DNA from: Puniceicoccaceae bacterium
Lineage (GTDB): Bacteria > Verrucomicrobiota > Verrucomicrobiia > Opitutales > Oceanipulchritudinaceae
DNA: 64,000 nt
NCBI GenBank assembly: GCA_040830765.1
Contig: JBFOMH010000017.1
Coordinates: forward strand, 256,001-320,000
Direction of reading: 5' to 3'
Below the pieces are notes generated by a model. That model had not been told where the DNA came from. It saw nothing but the letters and a program-made list of their open reading frames with translations, and ran no database searches. This document shows, piece by piece, positions 22,446-31,798 of the stretch (position 1 is the first letter of the stretch; each line of letters opens with the position of its first letter). Position numbers and translations under genes: made by a program.

Positions 22446-24128
22446 CTATCCGGCCGTTCGGCGTTTCCAGATATCCCAGTCCATCTCGGGCTTTTCGGAG
22501 ACAATTGCTTCAAGGCTTTCAAGCAGACCGGTCCGGTTTTCGGTGTACAGGAAGCGGTCACTCTGCAAGCGGCTTTGGATGCTCTCGATGAGAGCGTAAT
22601 CCGGGCGCCTGAGCTCGAAAAGCGCATTCAGGTGTTCCGTGAGGGAGAAAAACACGCCCAGATCCATCTCCAGATCAATCAGAGTGGCCAGGATCTGTTC
22701 ATTCTTGGGATCCCTCAGATAAGCCTCCTGCAGGATCATCCGGGCCTGTTCTGTTAAACCGTTTTCCCGAAACCGACGGGCTGCCGAGAAAAGTTGGGTC
22801 GGATTGGCTCGTTTGGAGTCGATGAAATTGCGCAGGTAAAGATTTCCCAGTTCTTCGTCCCCATAGCCGTAGTAGGCCAGCGACCGGATAGCATTGAAGG
22901 TGCTCTCCGAGTTCAGCATCCAGGTCGGATCTTCACGAATCAGCTCATTGCACAGGTCGATGGCCTCCTCATATTCGCCATTCTGAATCTGTGCCTCGGC
23001 CAGGGTAAGGCTGAACAACCCGAGGCTGTAGCCATTCTCAAGGGCTATCTCGTACAGCCGGGTCGCTGCTTCGACATTGCCATATTCTGCCGCAAGCCTG
23101 GCCAGGGCTGTCATCGCCTGCTCATCATTCCGGTGTTCCTTGATGAGGGCCGCTATTTCCCGGTCTCTCCGCTCATACATTTCAGAGGCCGACAAGACAT
23201 CAATCAAGGCTACCCGCGGCCGCCATTCAAGCGGCTTCCGGATGACAAGTTCCAGGGCAACCTCACGGGCCTGTTCGTACATCTCCCGCTTCTGGAACAG
23301 GGTCCGCAGCCGGTTGATCAGGGGGTCCGCGTTTTCCCGGGGCATGGAATTTATGGCAGACATCAATACGCTGATGGCCAAGTCGATGCGGTCGGTCCGT
23401 TCATACACTTCCACCCCCAGCATGAGTCCGTCGTATGTGTTCTCCAGGTCTGTCTCCTCGATCACCTCCCGGACGATATCAAATTTGCCGTTCAGCATGG
23501 CCGAGCGGAGCCGGCTGACCGCCAGGATTCGCTCGACATCCTCAGCCGGTTCTTCCGCCATGAGGGTTTCCGTCATTTCAAGAACCTGGTCATCCTGCTT
23601 TTGCGCCAGCAGGAGCCGGAGCATCAGGCTGATGTATCTTGGATCTTCTTTTCCGTACTCGATTCCCTCGACAAGTAGTTCGGAGGCCAGTTCCGGCCGC
23701 CAACCGGCATAAATCTGGGCCAACAACATGCGGCCTTCCAGATTGGCTGATGAGCGCGCAACCCCTTCACGAAGAAGCGCGTATGCCCGGCGGTAATCTT
23801 CCCTTTCCAGGGCCGCCTTGGCTTGCTCGATCTGGTAATCCCCCTGCTGGACCCGTACATTGGTGCGGTTCAGCGGGAACAATACCATGTCAGTGAAGGC
23901 GACATCCTCGAATCCACGGACGTTCTTGAAGAAGATGTAGAGCGCCCATGACTTCGCAAACCAGCCCAACAGGCCCAATACCATCAGAAAAATGGCCACC
24001 CGGCCCCATCTTACACGGATGCGAACCGAGTTGCGCGACGTGATTTCACGGGTGGCAAAGCCGAACCATGTGGAATAGCTGCGTTGGTTTGCGGGCGTCT
24101 TTTCGGGGTTCTGGGGAGTTTCACTCAT
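22446..24128 (-). CDS. Membrane-anchored TPR-like repeat protein
   Basis: One N-terminal TM segment followed by repeated helical A/L-rich TPR-like units. Confidence 0.75.
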   Translation of the reverse strand: MSETPQNPEKTPANQRSYSTWFGFATREITSRNSVRIRVRWGRVAIFLMVLGLLGWFAKSWALYIFFKNVRGFEDVAFTDMVLFPLNRTNVRVQQGDYQIEQAKAALEREDYRRAYALLREGVARSSANLEGRMLLAQIYAGWRPELASELLVEGIEYGKEDPRYISLMLRLLLAQKQDDQVLEMTETLMAEEPAEDVERILAVSRLRSAMLNGKFDIVREVIEETDLENTYDGLMLGVEVYERTDRIDLAISVLMSAINSMPRENADPLINRLRTLFQKREMYEQAREVALELVIRKPLEWRPRVALIDVLSASEMYERRDREIAALIKEHRNDEQAMTALARLAAEYGNVEAATRLYEIALENGYSLGLFSLTLAEAQIQNGEYEEAIDLCNELIREDPTWMLNSESTFNAIRSLAYYGYGDEELGNLYLRNFIDSKRANPTQLFSAARRFRENGLTEQARMILQEAYLRDPKNEQILATLIDLEMDLGVFFSLTEHLNALFELRRPDYALIESIQSRLQSDRFLYTENRTGLLESLEAIVSEKPEMDWDIWKRRTAG

Positions 24129-24290
24129 TTTTGGCCTTTTTTAACGACTTCTATGGGATGGGAAATTCTTGTCTTGTCAATGGTTTCAACCTTCCACAAC
24201 ATGACGACTTGCATTATCAGAATCTATTGCTCATAAAAGTTTCTGTAAATTCTTATCATCACAATATCGTCGCTTGATCAAAATTCACCT

Positions 24291-25430
24291 ATGAAAACTC
24301 AATTAAGACTCCTCTCCCTTGCCGCAATTATTGCCACAGCGGGCGCCACGGCCAGTGCTGCCCCCTTGCATCAGTTTGAGGACGGCTCCATCCATTTTAT
24401 CGGCCAGCTCGGCTTGGTGCATGACGATAACATCCTCCGCACCTCGATTCTTAAGGAGGATGATGTCCGTCTCGAATTTGCGCCCGGCCTGGAATTCAAG
24501 ATTTCTCCGGATGCTGCTGCTTCCACCACTTTTTCCTACCTCTACCGCTGGGTGATTTGGGAGGAGAATGGTCATCTGGATGACGAATTCTCGGAATTTG
24601 ATTTCAAGACTTCCTACGATTCCGGAGTCGTTCTTGCCAATGCCTATGCCTCTTATAAGGAAGGTTACTCAACATCCTACGAGATCGACGACACTTCCGA
24701 CATCTTCGGTGTTCTCGTCCTTCGGGATGTCACCAAATTCGGTGGTAGTGCAAAGAAGGACATTTCCGAACTGTCTGCCATCAAGGTAGGTTTGGATTAC
24801 GCCGACACGGAGTATAAGAATACCAACTTCACCGGTCATACCTCCATGACCGTTCCTGTGACCTATTTCTACAATGTCCGTCCCAATGTTGATATGACCG
24901 CTGGCGTGCGTTATCGCCACACGGATACGGATACAGACGTCGAATATAATGACTGGTATGCCTTTGTTGGTGCCGTAGGCGAGCTCTTCAGCCCGGTCAT
25001 CTACGCCGATGTCAACGTTGGGTATCAGCGCCGCAATGCAAAGAACAGCAATGCTGACGCATCGTCCCCTTCCTACAAGTTGAGCCTCATCTACACCGGC
25101 AATGCCAAGGCCAACTACTACGCCACGATCTCCCGGGATTACCGGACCAGTTCCCAGAGCGCCAGGGCTTATGCCTACACGACCGCTTCGTTGGGAGCCA
25201 ACTACAGCCTCTCCAATTCCTTCGGCCTGAATGCTGCGGTACTCCTCGGGGAGAGCGAGTATGAGGAAAGCATCCGTCAGGAAGACATTCTCATGTTCCG
25301 TTTGGGCGCATCCTACAATCCGAATGATTTTGTATCCTTCAGGGCTTCCTATTCCTACCGGGATGTGGATGGAAATGTAGCCAACTACAAGTCCAACGAG
25401 CTTCGTGTATTTGCCTCCCTGAGGTACTGA
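24291..25430 (+). CDS. Polysaccharide-export-associated outer-membrane beta-barrel protein
   Basis: Signal peptide, HDDNI motif, Tyr-rich alternating strands, C-terminal ASLRY; directly upstream of OPX and Wzc genes. Confidence 0.82.
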   Translation: MKTQLRLLSLAAIIATAGATASAAPLHQFEDGSIHFIGQLGLVHDDNILRTSILKEDDVRLEFAPGLEFKISPDAAASTTFSYLYRWVIWEENGHLDDEFSEFDFKTSYDSGVVLANAYASYKEGYSTSYEIDDTSDIFGVLVLRDVTKFGGSAKKDISELSAIKVGLDYADTEYKNTNFTGHTSMTVPVTYFYNVRPNVDMTAGVRYRHTDTDTDVEYNDWYAFVGAVGELFSPVIYADVNVGYQRRNAKNSNADASSPSYKLSLIYTGNAKANYYATISRDYRTSSQSARAYAYTTASLGANYSLSNSFGLNAAVLLGESEYEESIRQEDILMFRLGASYNPNDFVSFRASYSYRDVDGNVANYKSNELRVFASLRY

Positions 25431-25459
25431 TTACAGGAAATACTTGAACGCCGTCTTTT

Positions 25460-25494
25460 GGAAGAGGTCAATTTATGTTGACCTCTTCCTTTTT
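25460..25494 (+). terminator. Terminator-like hairpin between the barrel and OPX genes
   Basis: Perfect 12-bp stem GGAAGAGGTCAA/TTGACCTCTTCC, 6-nt loop, TTTTT. Confidence 0.8.
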
Positions 25495-25521
25495 GCAGGA
25501 TTCGCCTTTTCTTCCCAATTC

Positions 25522-26139
25522 ATGAAGATTTCACGCTTTTTCCGATATTTTCGCCTGTGTGCCTTGTGCACTTTCGCCCTGTTTGTGCATGCTGGAGAAG
25601 CTCAGGAAGGTTCCGCTGTTGGCAGTGGCGCTTCCAGTTCCTATGTCATCTCCCCCCTGGACTACCTGAGAGTGTCCCTCTTTGTGGCGGATGAGCTACA
25701 GTTCACGACTGAGCTGCGGGTTTCGCAGGATGGAACAATAACCCTTCCGCACCTTGGAACCCTCTTGATTGGCGGGAAAGCAATCGATGATGCCCGCGAG
25801 TTTCTCTACGAACCCTACAACCGGGACTATTACGTTAATCCGCATATTGATATTGTCGTTCTGGAGTACGCCATGCGGAGCGTGACGGTCATCGGGAAGG
25901 TCAATCGCCAAGGCTTGATTCCATTCCCCAGTGAAGAGGGTTTGTCGCTGCTGGAGGCCATTGCTGCTGCCGGCGGCTGGAGTAATGACCGACTGGCTGA
26001 TAAAAGCAGCGTCACCATAACACGCTCGGACGAGAATGGGGAAAAGTTTGTCATCGAGGTTGATGCCCGGAAGTTGACAACCAAGGATTATCCTCTTCAG
26101 GAGGGCGATTTAATCAATGTACCAGAGCGTCTCTGGTAA
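25522..26139 (+). CDS. wza: Short OPX (Wza-like) polysaccharide export protein, Poly_export + SLBB domains
   Basis: YVISPLDYL, VSQDGTITLPHLG, VTVIGKV, LLEAIAAAGG, LQEGDLINVPE. Confidence 0.9.
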   Translation: MKISRFFRYFRLCALCTFALFVHAGEAQEGSAVGSGASSSYVISPLDYLRVSLFVADELQFTTELRVSQDGTITLPHLGTLLIGGKAIDDAREFLYEPYNRDYYVNPHIDIVVLEYAMRSVTVIGKVNRQGLIPFPSEEGLSLLEAIAAAGGWSNDRLADKSSVTITRSDENGEKFVIEVDARKLTTKDYPLQEGDLINVPERLW

Positions 26140-26170
26140 GGAAATTCGCTGCTTAAACTGTTTTTGATCA

Positions 26171-28435
26171 ATGAGTAACAATTATTACACAGGTGGAGGC
26201 GGAGGCTATTCCGGCGGATATTACTACGGTGATGGCTACGCTGGTTATGCTGAAGGTGGTAGTGCTCCCTCACGAACCATAGCCGATTACCTTCTTATCC
26301 TTCGGGAGCGTATCTGGTGGCTCATCGTCTCCGTGTTTGTTGTCTTTCTTGGCTTTGCTCTCTACACTTTCAACGCCCCCAAGCTATACCGTTCGGTTTC
26401 CTCGGTGGAAATTCTCCGGGAAAAGGACCAAGTCTTCCAAATCGAGGACATTGTCCGCCAGGAGGTGGTGAATGCTGAAGACTTCAACACCCAGATAAAG
26501 ATCCTGGAGAGCTTGAATATCATTCAGGCTGTTGATGACCGGATTAAGGGAAATCTTCGCACCCGTTTCATGGCCCCTTACGAGAAGGGCCTGGATGTCA
26601 CGCTACGGGGTGTCCGCTCAGTCCCTGAGATATTAATGGCCAATCGGGCCATCTCCCCTGTGCGGCTTTCGTTGGTGGTCAATATCCTCTATTCTCATCC
26701 GGATCCCGAGATTTCTGCAATCGTGGCCAATTACTTTGCCGAGGAGTTCATCGACTTTAACCGGAACAAGCAGATTGAGGGCTCCCTGCGGGCAGTGGAT
26801 GATCTGAGAAGTCAGGCGGACCAGCAGTTAGCCAAGATTAAAGAGATGGAGATTCGGTTGGCCGACTTTAAGGAGAAATATGACACCCTTTCGGTAGAGC
26901 GATCTCAAGATATTGATATTCAGCAGCTTATAACGATTAATGCCCGTCTTGAGGAGGACAAGCGCCTGCTCGATGATGCCACGGTGCTGGTAAGTCAGAT
27001 TGACCAGGCACGGGAAGTTGGAAAGCCACTTTGGGAGCTGAGTTTCATCGCATCCTATGCCCAGGTTCCGGATCTTCTGAGCCGCCTGACCCAAAACAAA
27101 ATTGAGATCGCTATCCTTGCCAAGAAGTACCGCTCGCTGCACCCAATCATGATTGCTGCCGAGGAGCAGCTCAAGGAGACCCAGAGTGAGTTGGAAGTCG
27201 CCGTCAATGCAGCGGCGGCAACATTCCGCAATGAGTTTGCGCGCTACAAGGCAAATCACGAGAATTCCAAACTGCGGCTCGCCCAAAAGCAGAAGGATAT
27301 GATCGAAATCGACCGTATCCGGCCGGAATATGATGCCCTGCTGCGTGACCTGGAGGTCAATCGGGAACTCTACAATCACTATTACAGCCGATTACAGCAG
27401 GCGGCAGTTAAGGTTACGACCGAAGGCCAGACAGCACGGATCATCGACCGGGCCATTGAACCGCTTCGACCGTACAAGCCGAATATTGCCCTCAATCTTG
27501 TCATTGGTCTCGTTCTCGGTCTTGGCGTCGGCCTGGGACTCGTTTTCCTGCTTGCTTTCCTCGATGACAAGGTGAAATCAGCCTATGACATCGAATCGAC
27601 GCTTGGAATCCCCTTGATCGGGATTGTGCCGCATATCTTTAGTATTGATGCTCAGGAAAAGGCCAGAATCACGGCCGACGAGCATGACCGGCATGCAGTT
27701 GAGGCCTTCAGGTCCATCCACTCCACGCTCAAGCTCAGTGAGGAAAGCCGCAATGCCAAGGTTATACTTTCAACGAGTACGATTCCCAGTGAGGGGAAGA
27801 CCTTCGTCAGCACCAATTGCGCCATTACCTTTGCCAACCACGGCGAACGGACCATCGTCGTCGACGCTGATTTGCGCATGCCGAATGTCGCCAAGGGGCT
27901 CGATATCGCCGACAGACGAGGCGTTATCCAATACCTCAACGACTCAAATGTCGATTTGGATGAGGTTATCCAGAAGGATTACCTGCCGAACCTCGATGTT
28001 CTCCCAGCCGGGGGAAACACCAAGAGCCCGACCCAACTCCTCAGCAGCGACAGGTTCACGAATCTTGTCCACGAGTTGAGGTTGCGTTACGACCGGGTGA
28101 TTATTGACACACCTCCCGTTGCCACCGTGAGTGACGCCTTGAACATTCTCCCACTGGTGGACGGAGTTCTGTTGGTTATCCGCTTCAATATGGTCAAACG
28201 CAAGACGGCGGCCGTGAACCTCAAGCGGCTGCGTGATTCGAATGTTCCGGTTTTCGGGGCCATTCTCAATAATCTGAACACCCACGTGGCTGGCTATTAC
28301 TATTCCCACTACTACGACAAGTCGTACAAGTCCTATAAGCATTACTATTCGGGCCAAAAGGGGATTCCACCCGCAGAGGAGGGTGAGCTGGTGGAAGCCG
28401 GACAGCCTCCTTCCAAGGAAAATTTGCACTCCTGA
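26171..28435 (+). CDS. wzc: Polysaccharide co-polymerase / BY tyrosine autokinase
   Basis: Two TM segments around a coiled coil; EAFRSI, PSEGKT, VDADLR, IIDTPP; C-terminal Tyr cluster. Confidence 0.95.
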   Translation: MSNNYYTGGGGGYSGGYYYGDGYAGYAEGGSAPSRTIADYLLILRERIWWLIVSVFVVFLGFALYTFNAPKLYRSVSSVEILREKDQVFQIEDIVRQEVVNAEDFNTQIKILESLNIIQAVDDRIKGNLRTRFMAPYEKGLDVTLRGVRSVPEILMANRAISPVRLSLVVNILYSHPDPEISAIVANYFAEEFIDFNRNKQIEGSLRAVDDLRSQADQQLAKIKEMEIRLADFKEKYDTLSVERSQDIDIQQLITINARLEEDKRLLDDATVLVSQIDQAREVGKPLWELSFIASYAQVPDLLSRLTQNKIEIAILAKKYRSLHPIMIAAEEQLKETQSELEVAVNAAAATFRNEFARYKANHENSKLRLAQKQKDMIEIDRIRPEYDALLRDLEVNRELYNHYYSRLQQAAVKVTTEGQTARIIDRAIEPLRPYKPNIALNLVIGLVLGLGVGLGLVFLLAFLDDKVKSAYDIESTLGIPLIGIVPHIFSIDAQEKARITADEHDRHAVEAFRSIHSTLKLSEESRNAKVILSTSTIPSEGKTFVSTNCAITFANHGERTIVVDADLRMPNVAKGLDIADRRGVIQYLNDSNVDLDEVIQKDYLPNLDVLPAGGNTKSPTQLLSSDRFTNLVHELRLRYDRVIIDTPPVATVSDALNILPLVDGVLLVIRFNMVKRKTAAVNLKRLRDSNVPVFGAILNNLNTHVAGYYYSHYYDKSYKSYKHYYSGQKGIPPAEEGELVEAGQPPSKENLHS

Positions 28436-28437
28436 TG

Positions 28438-28465
28438 AAAAAGCCGGTTGCTGACCGGCTTTTTT
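28438..28465 (+). terminator. Rho-independent terminator (bidirectional type)
   Basis: AAAAAGCCGGT-tgctg-ACCGGCTTTTTT. Confidence 0.88.
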
Positions 28466-28518
28466 ATTTTATTTAGACAAAAAGCTGACTTGGTGACGCT
28501 AAAGGAGTGAACAATTGC

Positions 28519-29016
28519 ATGGAAAAGAATCTGAATGGGGAAAACTGGCGTGAATGGTTTAATGAATGGGGTGACCGCTTTCTCCTTTTTGCCAGGCAAC
28601 AATCGGGTTCCTACCAGGAGGCCGAGGATATCCTGCAGGAGGTCTTCGTCCACATCTGGACGCGCCGGGAGGCTTTCCCACGGATCGAGCCGGGCTTGGT
28701 TTTCACCCATATCCGGCGCAAGGCGATTGACTCTGCCAGGAGCCGCAAACGCCGGCAATTGCGGGAACAGGCATTTGCCGAGGAAACCGAACCCCCCCTT
28801 TTTACCGATACAGCCGGGATGGATGGCAATGTCATGCAGGAGGCCCTGCAGCAACTTCCCCGGGAGCAAAGGGAAGTGTTGGTCCTCAAGGTCTGGGGGG
28901 ACCAGACCTTCGAATCCATCGGAACAACTTTGGACATATCCCCGAACACGGCGGCATCCCGATACCGCTATGGTCTTGAACAAATGCGCCGCTTGATGAA
29001 AGGAGGGACGGCATGA
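28519..29016 (+). CDS. ECF sigma-70 family RNA polymerase sigma factor
   Basis: AEDILQEVF (region 2); LPREQREVLVL...IGTTLDISPNTAASR (region 4.2); AAGGAG upstream. Confidence 0.93.
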   Translation: MEKNLNGENWREWFNEWGDRFLLFARQQSGSYQEAEDILQEVFVHIWTRREAFPRIEPGLVFTHIRRKAIDSARSRKRRQLREQAFAEETEPPLFTDTAGMDGNVMQEALQQLPREQREVLVLKVWGDQTFESIGTTLDISPNTAASRYRYGLEQMRRLMKGGTA

Positions 29017-29519
29017 GCCTGGAAAAGGATAAGCAGTTCGAGAAGCAACTACGGGAGTCCCGGCCAATGGCCGCGTCCGCCGAGCTCCGTGACCGTATTG
29101 GCCAGGCAATCGCCGCCAGGGAGCGGAAGCAGAATCTGGCCCGATGGAGGGTTATTAGCGGGTGGGGAGGTCTCGCCGTTGCGGCAGCCGCCCTCATCAC
29201 TTTCGGGATACTGCTCTTCAACGGGAGACTTGAAGTTGCCACGCAATCGCAACCGGAAGCGGAGGATGCATCGCCGCCCCTGACCGTCAGCAATACGCCT
29301 TCAGCCGATCCGGATGCCTTTGAGCCCGTCCTGGCCGAAAACAATCTCAAGGGACGCATCGATGAAGGCATCGTCTTTCTGGACAATGGACTGACTGCCC
29401 GCAGGTATCGCTATGAATTTGTCGACCGGGTTGTCTGGCGCAATCCCGCTGACGGGGCCGTCGTTGAAATGGAAATTCCGCGGGACGAAGTCGTCCTCAT
29501 CCCGGTCCAGACTTTTTGA
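29013..29519 (+). CDS. Putative single-pass anti-sigma factor
   Basis: ATGA overlap with the sigma gene; short N-terminal helical domain, one TM segment, beta-rich C-terminal domain. Confidence 0.75.
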   Translation: MSLEKDKQFEKQLRESRPMAASAELRDRIGQAIAARERKQNLARWRVISGWGGLAVAAAALITFGILLFNGRLEVATQSQPEAEDASPPLTVSNTPSADPDAFEPVLAENNLKGRIDEGIVFLDNGLTARRYRYEFVDRVVWRNPADGAVVEMEIPRDEVVLIPVQTF

Positions 29520-29558
29520 ATTTGTCGCTGTAAAAACCACCAAAACGAGGAAAAACGA

Positions 29559-30620
29559 ATGAAATCCATCAAATTACCCACCGTTGTCTCCATGCTCATG
29601 GGAAGCTGTGCGGTCCTCTTGCTCCCATTGGTATCGCTCGCCGCTGAAGAAGAGGAAGTCATCCGCAAGGAGGACATTAACCAGATAGTTGCTGAAGCGA
29701 CCGAAACTGCCAGGGAATGGGCTTACCGTTTGCGGGAGTACCAAGGTGGCAAGGCTGAATCATCCACCTACATGGGCATCGTCATTGAACCCGTCCCAAG
29801 TGTATTGCGGGATTATGTGGACCTTCCCAAGGGAGTTGGCCTTTTGCTGCCCAAGATCGCCAAGGACGGTCCAGCCGACAAGGCTGGCCTGAAGGACAAT
29901 GACATCATTGTCAGCTTCGATGACCAGCTGGTTATCAACATCAGCCAGTTATCGACCCTGATTGACATGAAAGGTCCCGGGGCCACAGTGCCTGTCAAGG
30001 TCTTGCGCAAAGGCGAGGAATTGACGCTTGAGGTAACCCTTGAGGAGCGCATGCGCAAGGGAGGCCACTTCTTTATCCCAGAGGCCCCTGATGCTCCCGA
30101 TGCCCCGGAAATACCCGACATGGAGGATCTGGGAATGATTATGGAGAAGGTCGAGGAATGGATCCCCGGATCGGTGAGGATTTATGTCGACCAGAACGAG
30201 CAGGTCCACGTCGACCTTGAGGACCTGCGCGAAGACATCAATGAGCTTCGGGATAAGTTCACGCAGATTCATGTCATTAAAGGGGATGATCCCGACATCG
30301 TTACTCACCATGGCGACCATGGCGCGCGGACAACAATGATCCGCGTTGCCCAAAAGGATGTCAGTTACGAGAGTGACGAGGGGAAGGTCGTCCTCGATTC
30401 AACCGAGGCCGGACGCCAGGCAATGGTCTGGGACGCGGAGGGCAACCTCATTTATGAGGGGGCCCTGCCCGAAAACTATGCTGAAGAGCTGCCACCGGCA
30501 GCTGTTCGGTTGATCGATTCCTTGAATGACCTCGAACTGGATACAGAGGGCTACCAATTTGAGATCCGCCTCAACACAGAAGATATCGATCCAGTGACTT
30601 TCCATACTCCTGGTGAGTGA
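29559..30620 (+). CDS. Exported PDZ-domain protein without a recognisable protease domain
   Basis: Signal peptide; YMGI...GPADKAGLKDNDII...VKVLRKGE is an HtrA-type PDZ; no GNSGG motif. Confidence 0.85.
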   Translation: MKSIKLPTVVSMLMGSCAVLLLPLVSLAAEEEEVIRKEDINQIVAEATETAREWAYRLREYQGGKAESSTYMGIVIEPVPSVLRDYVDLPKGVGLLLPKIAKDGPADKAGLKDNDIIVSFDDQLVINISQLSTLIDMKGPGATVPVKVLRKGEELTLEVTLEERMRKGGHFFIPEAPDAPDAPEIPDMEDLGMIMEKVEEWIPGSVRIYVDQNEQVHVDLEDLREDINELRDKFTQIHVIKGDDPDIVTHHGDHGARTTMIRVAQKDVSYESDEGKVVLDSTEAGRQAMVWDAEGNLIYEGALPENYAEELPPAAVRLIDSLNDLELDTEGYQFEIRLNTEDIDPVTFHTPGE

Positions 30621-30690
30621 ATCTCCGGGTAACGGAGTGGCGACTTTCACTTTGACTCGGTCCGGCTGCTTTGAAAGGCTAGCACCGAGC

Positions 30691-31086
30691 ATGATGGAAA
30701 CGCCTGAGCAACCTCCCGAGGACCTTCTGGATCCCGAGCAGATACAGATGCTGCTCGAAACCGGCGCTGATGACTCGATGGATCTCTTCAATGAGATCCT
30801 TGCCCTTTTTGAAGAGGAAAGCAGTGCCAAGTTTGACGAGATGAAGGCCACGCGTGAAAAGGGAGACTATGAAGGCTTTAGTCGCGCAGCTCATGCCCTG
30901 GCGGGCAGCAGCGCAAATATTGGTGGGCGTGCCGTCTGGTTGATGGCCCGTGACATGGAGAATCTCTGCAAAGGCGGTCAGCCTGAGAAGGCAATCGTCA
31001 TGCTTCCCGAGTTGGAGCGGTTGTACAACAGGACCCTCCTCGAGATGAAGGACTTCGCCAAGCAGGCGCAGTCGGGAGAAGCCTGA
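30691..31086 (+). CDS. Stand-alone Hpt (histidine phosphotransfer) protein
   Basis: AAHALAGSSANIG resembles HxLKGSSxxxG; all-helical. Confidence 0.85.
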   Translation: MMETPEQPPEDLLDPEQIQMLLETGADDSMDLFNEILALFEEESSAKFDEMKATREKGDYEGFSRAAHALAGSSANIGGRAVWLMARDMENLCKGGQPEKAIVMLPELERLYNRTLLEMKDFAKQAQSGEA

Positions 31087-31104
31087 GGCCGGGATGCGGG
31101 CATG

Positions 31105-31135
31105 AAAAAGCCGGAGGGTGTTGCTCCATCCGGCT
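31105..31135 (-). terminator. Rho-independent terminator for the small basic protein gene
   Basis: AAAAAGCCGGA...TCCGGCT stem; A-run gives a U tract on the minus strand. Confidence 0.7.
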
Positions 31136-31161
31136 GTAAATCACTTGTTGAGCGGGAGTGC

Positions 31162-31320
31162 TTACTCTTCAGGCTTCGTCTTGACCAGACCGGTCACCCG
31201 ATCGCCCGGCTTCCAGTCACCCCGCTTGCGCAGGAGTGCCACACGTTCGAACCGCTTGAGGACATTGCGACGCTTTTTTCCCGCGCCACTTCCGACTTTG
31301 AAACTTGGATGCTGTGACAT
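31162..31320 (-). CDS. PVC-superphylum small basic protein (TIGR04137-like), 52 aa
   Basis: MSQHPSFK...RNVLKRFERV..L...G.W....V.GL.K; ATG at 31320. Confidence 0.9.
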   Translation of the reverse strand: MSQHPSFKVGSGAGKKRRNVLKRFERVALLRKRGDWKPGDRVTGLVKTKPEE

Positions 31321-31394
31321 TTTGAAATTCCTTTCGATTGAAAAAGGAGGAAGCAAGTGAATTTCTGCAGGAGTGCAAGGATATTCCCCGAAAA

Positions 31395-31709
31395 TCACAC
31401 CTCCCGGGCCCATTTTGTATAGTCGGAATTCGCGGATTCGGCGCTCCAGAGGAGGATTTCGGGCACTTCATAGGGATGTCGGGCCTTGATCCAGTCCACC
31501 AGGGCCTCCTTTCCCTCCGGCGTGGTTTTGAGCAGAATTCGCCACTCCTCACTCTCCTCAAGAGCGTTTTGCCAAATGTAGAGGGACTGGATGCTGGGAT
31601 CAATTTGGGCGCAGGCAGCCCGTCTTGACTCGACAGCTGATCGGGCCAGCGTCTTCGCTTCCTCCTCCGAAGCGACAGTCGTACTGAGAATCCACAGGCA
31701 ATCGGCCAT
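31395..31709 (-). CDS. cutA: Divalent-cation tolerance protein CutA
   Basis: AACAQ, SLYIWQ, LLKT, HPYEVPEI. Confidence 0.93.
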   Translation of the reverse strand: MADCLWILSTTVASEEEAKTLARSAVESRRAACAQIDPSIQSLYIWQNALEESEEWRILLKTTPEGKEALVDWIKARHPYEVPEILLWSAESANSDYTKWAREV

Positions 31710-31798
31710 TCTGCAATTTGATGCCGGGCCGGATAATTTGTCAGCATCTTTCTATTCAGGCTTGCCGTCGACATTGACCTGCAAATAATCGCCTTCGT

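Noticed and set aside
30081..30120. APDAPDAPEIPD mini-repeat in the PDZ protein
   Set aside because: Short degenerate linker, not a CRISPR or VNTR
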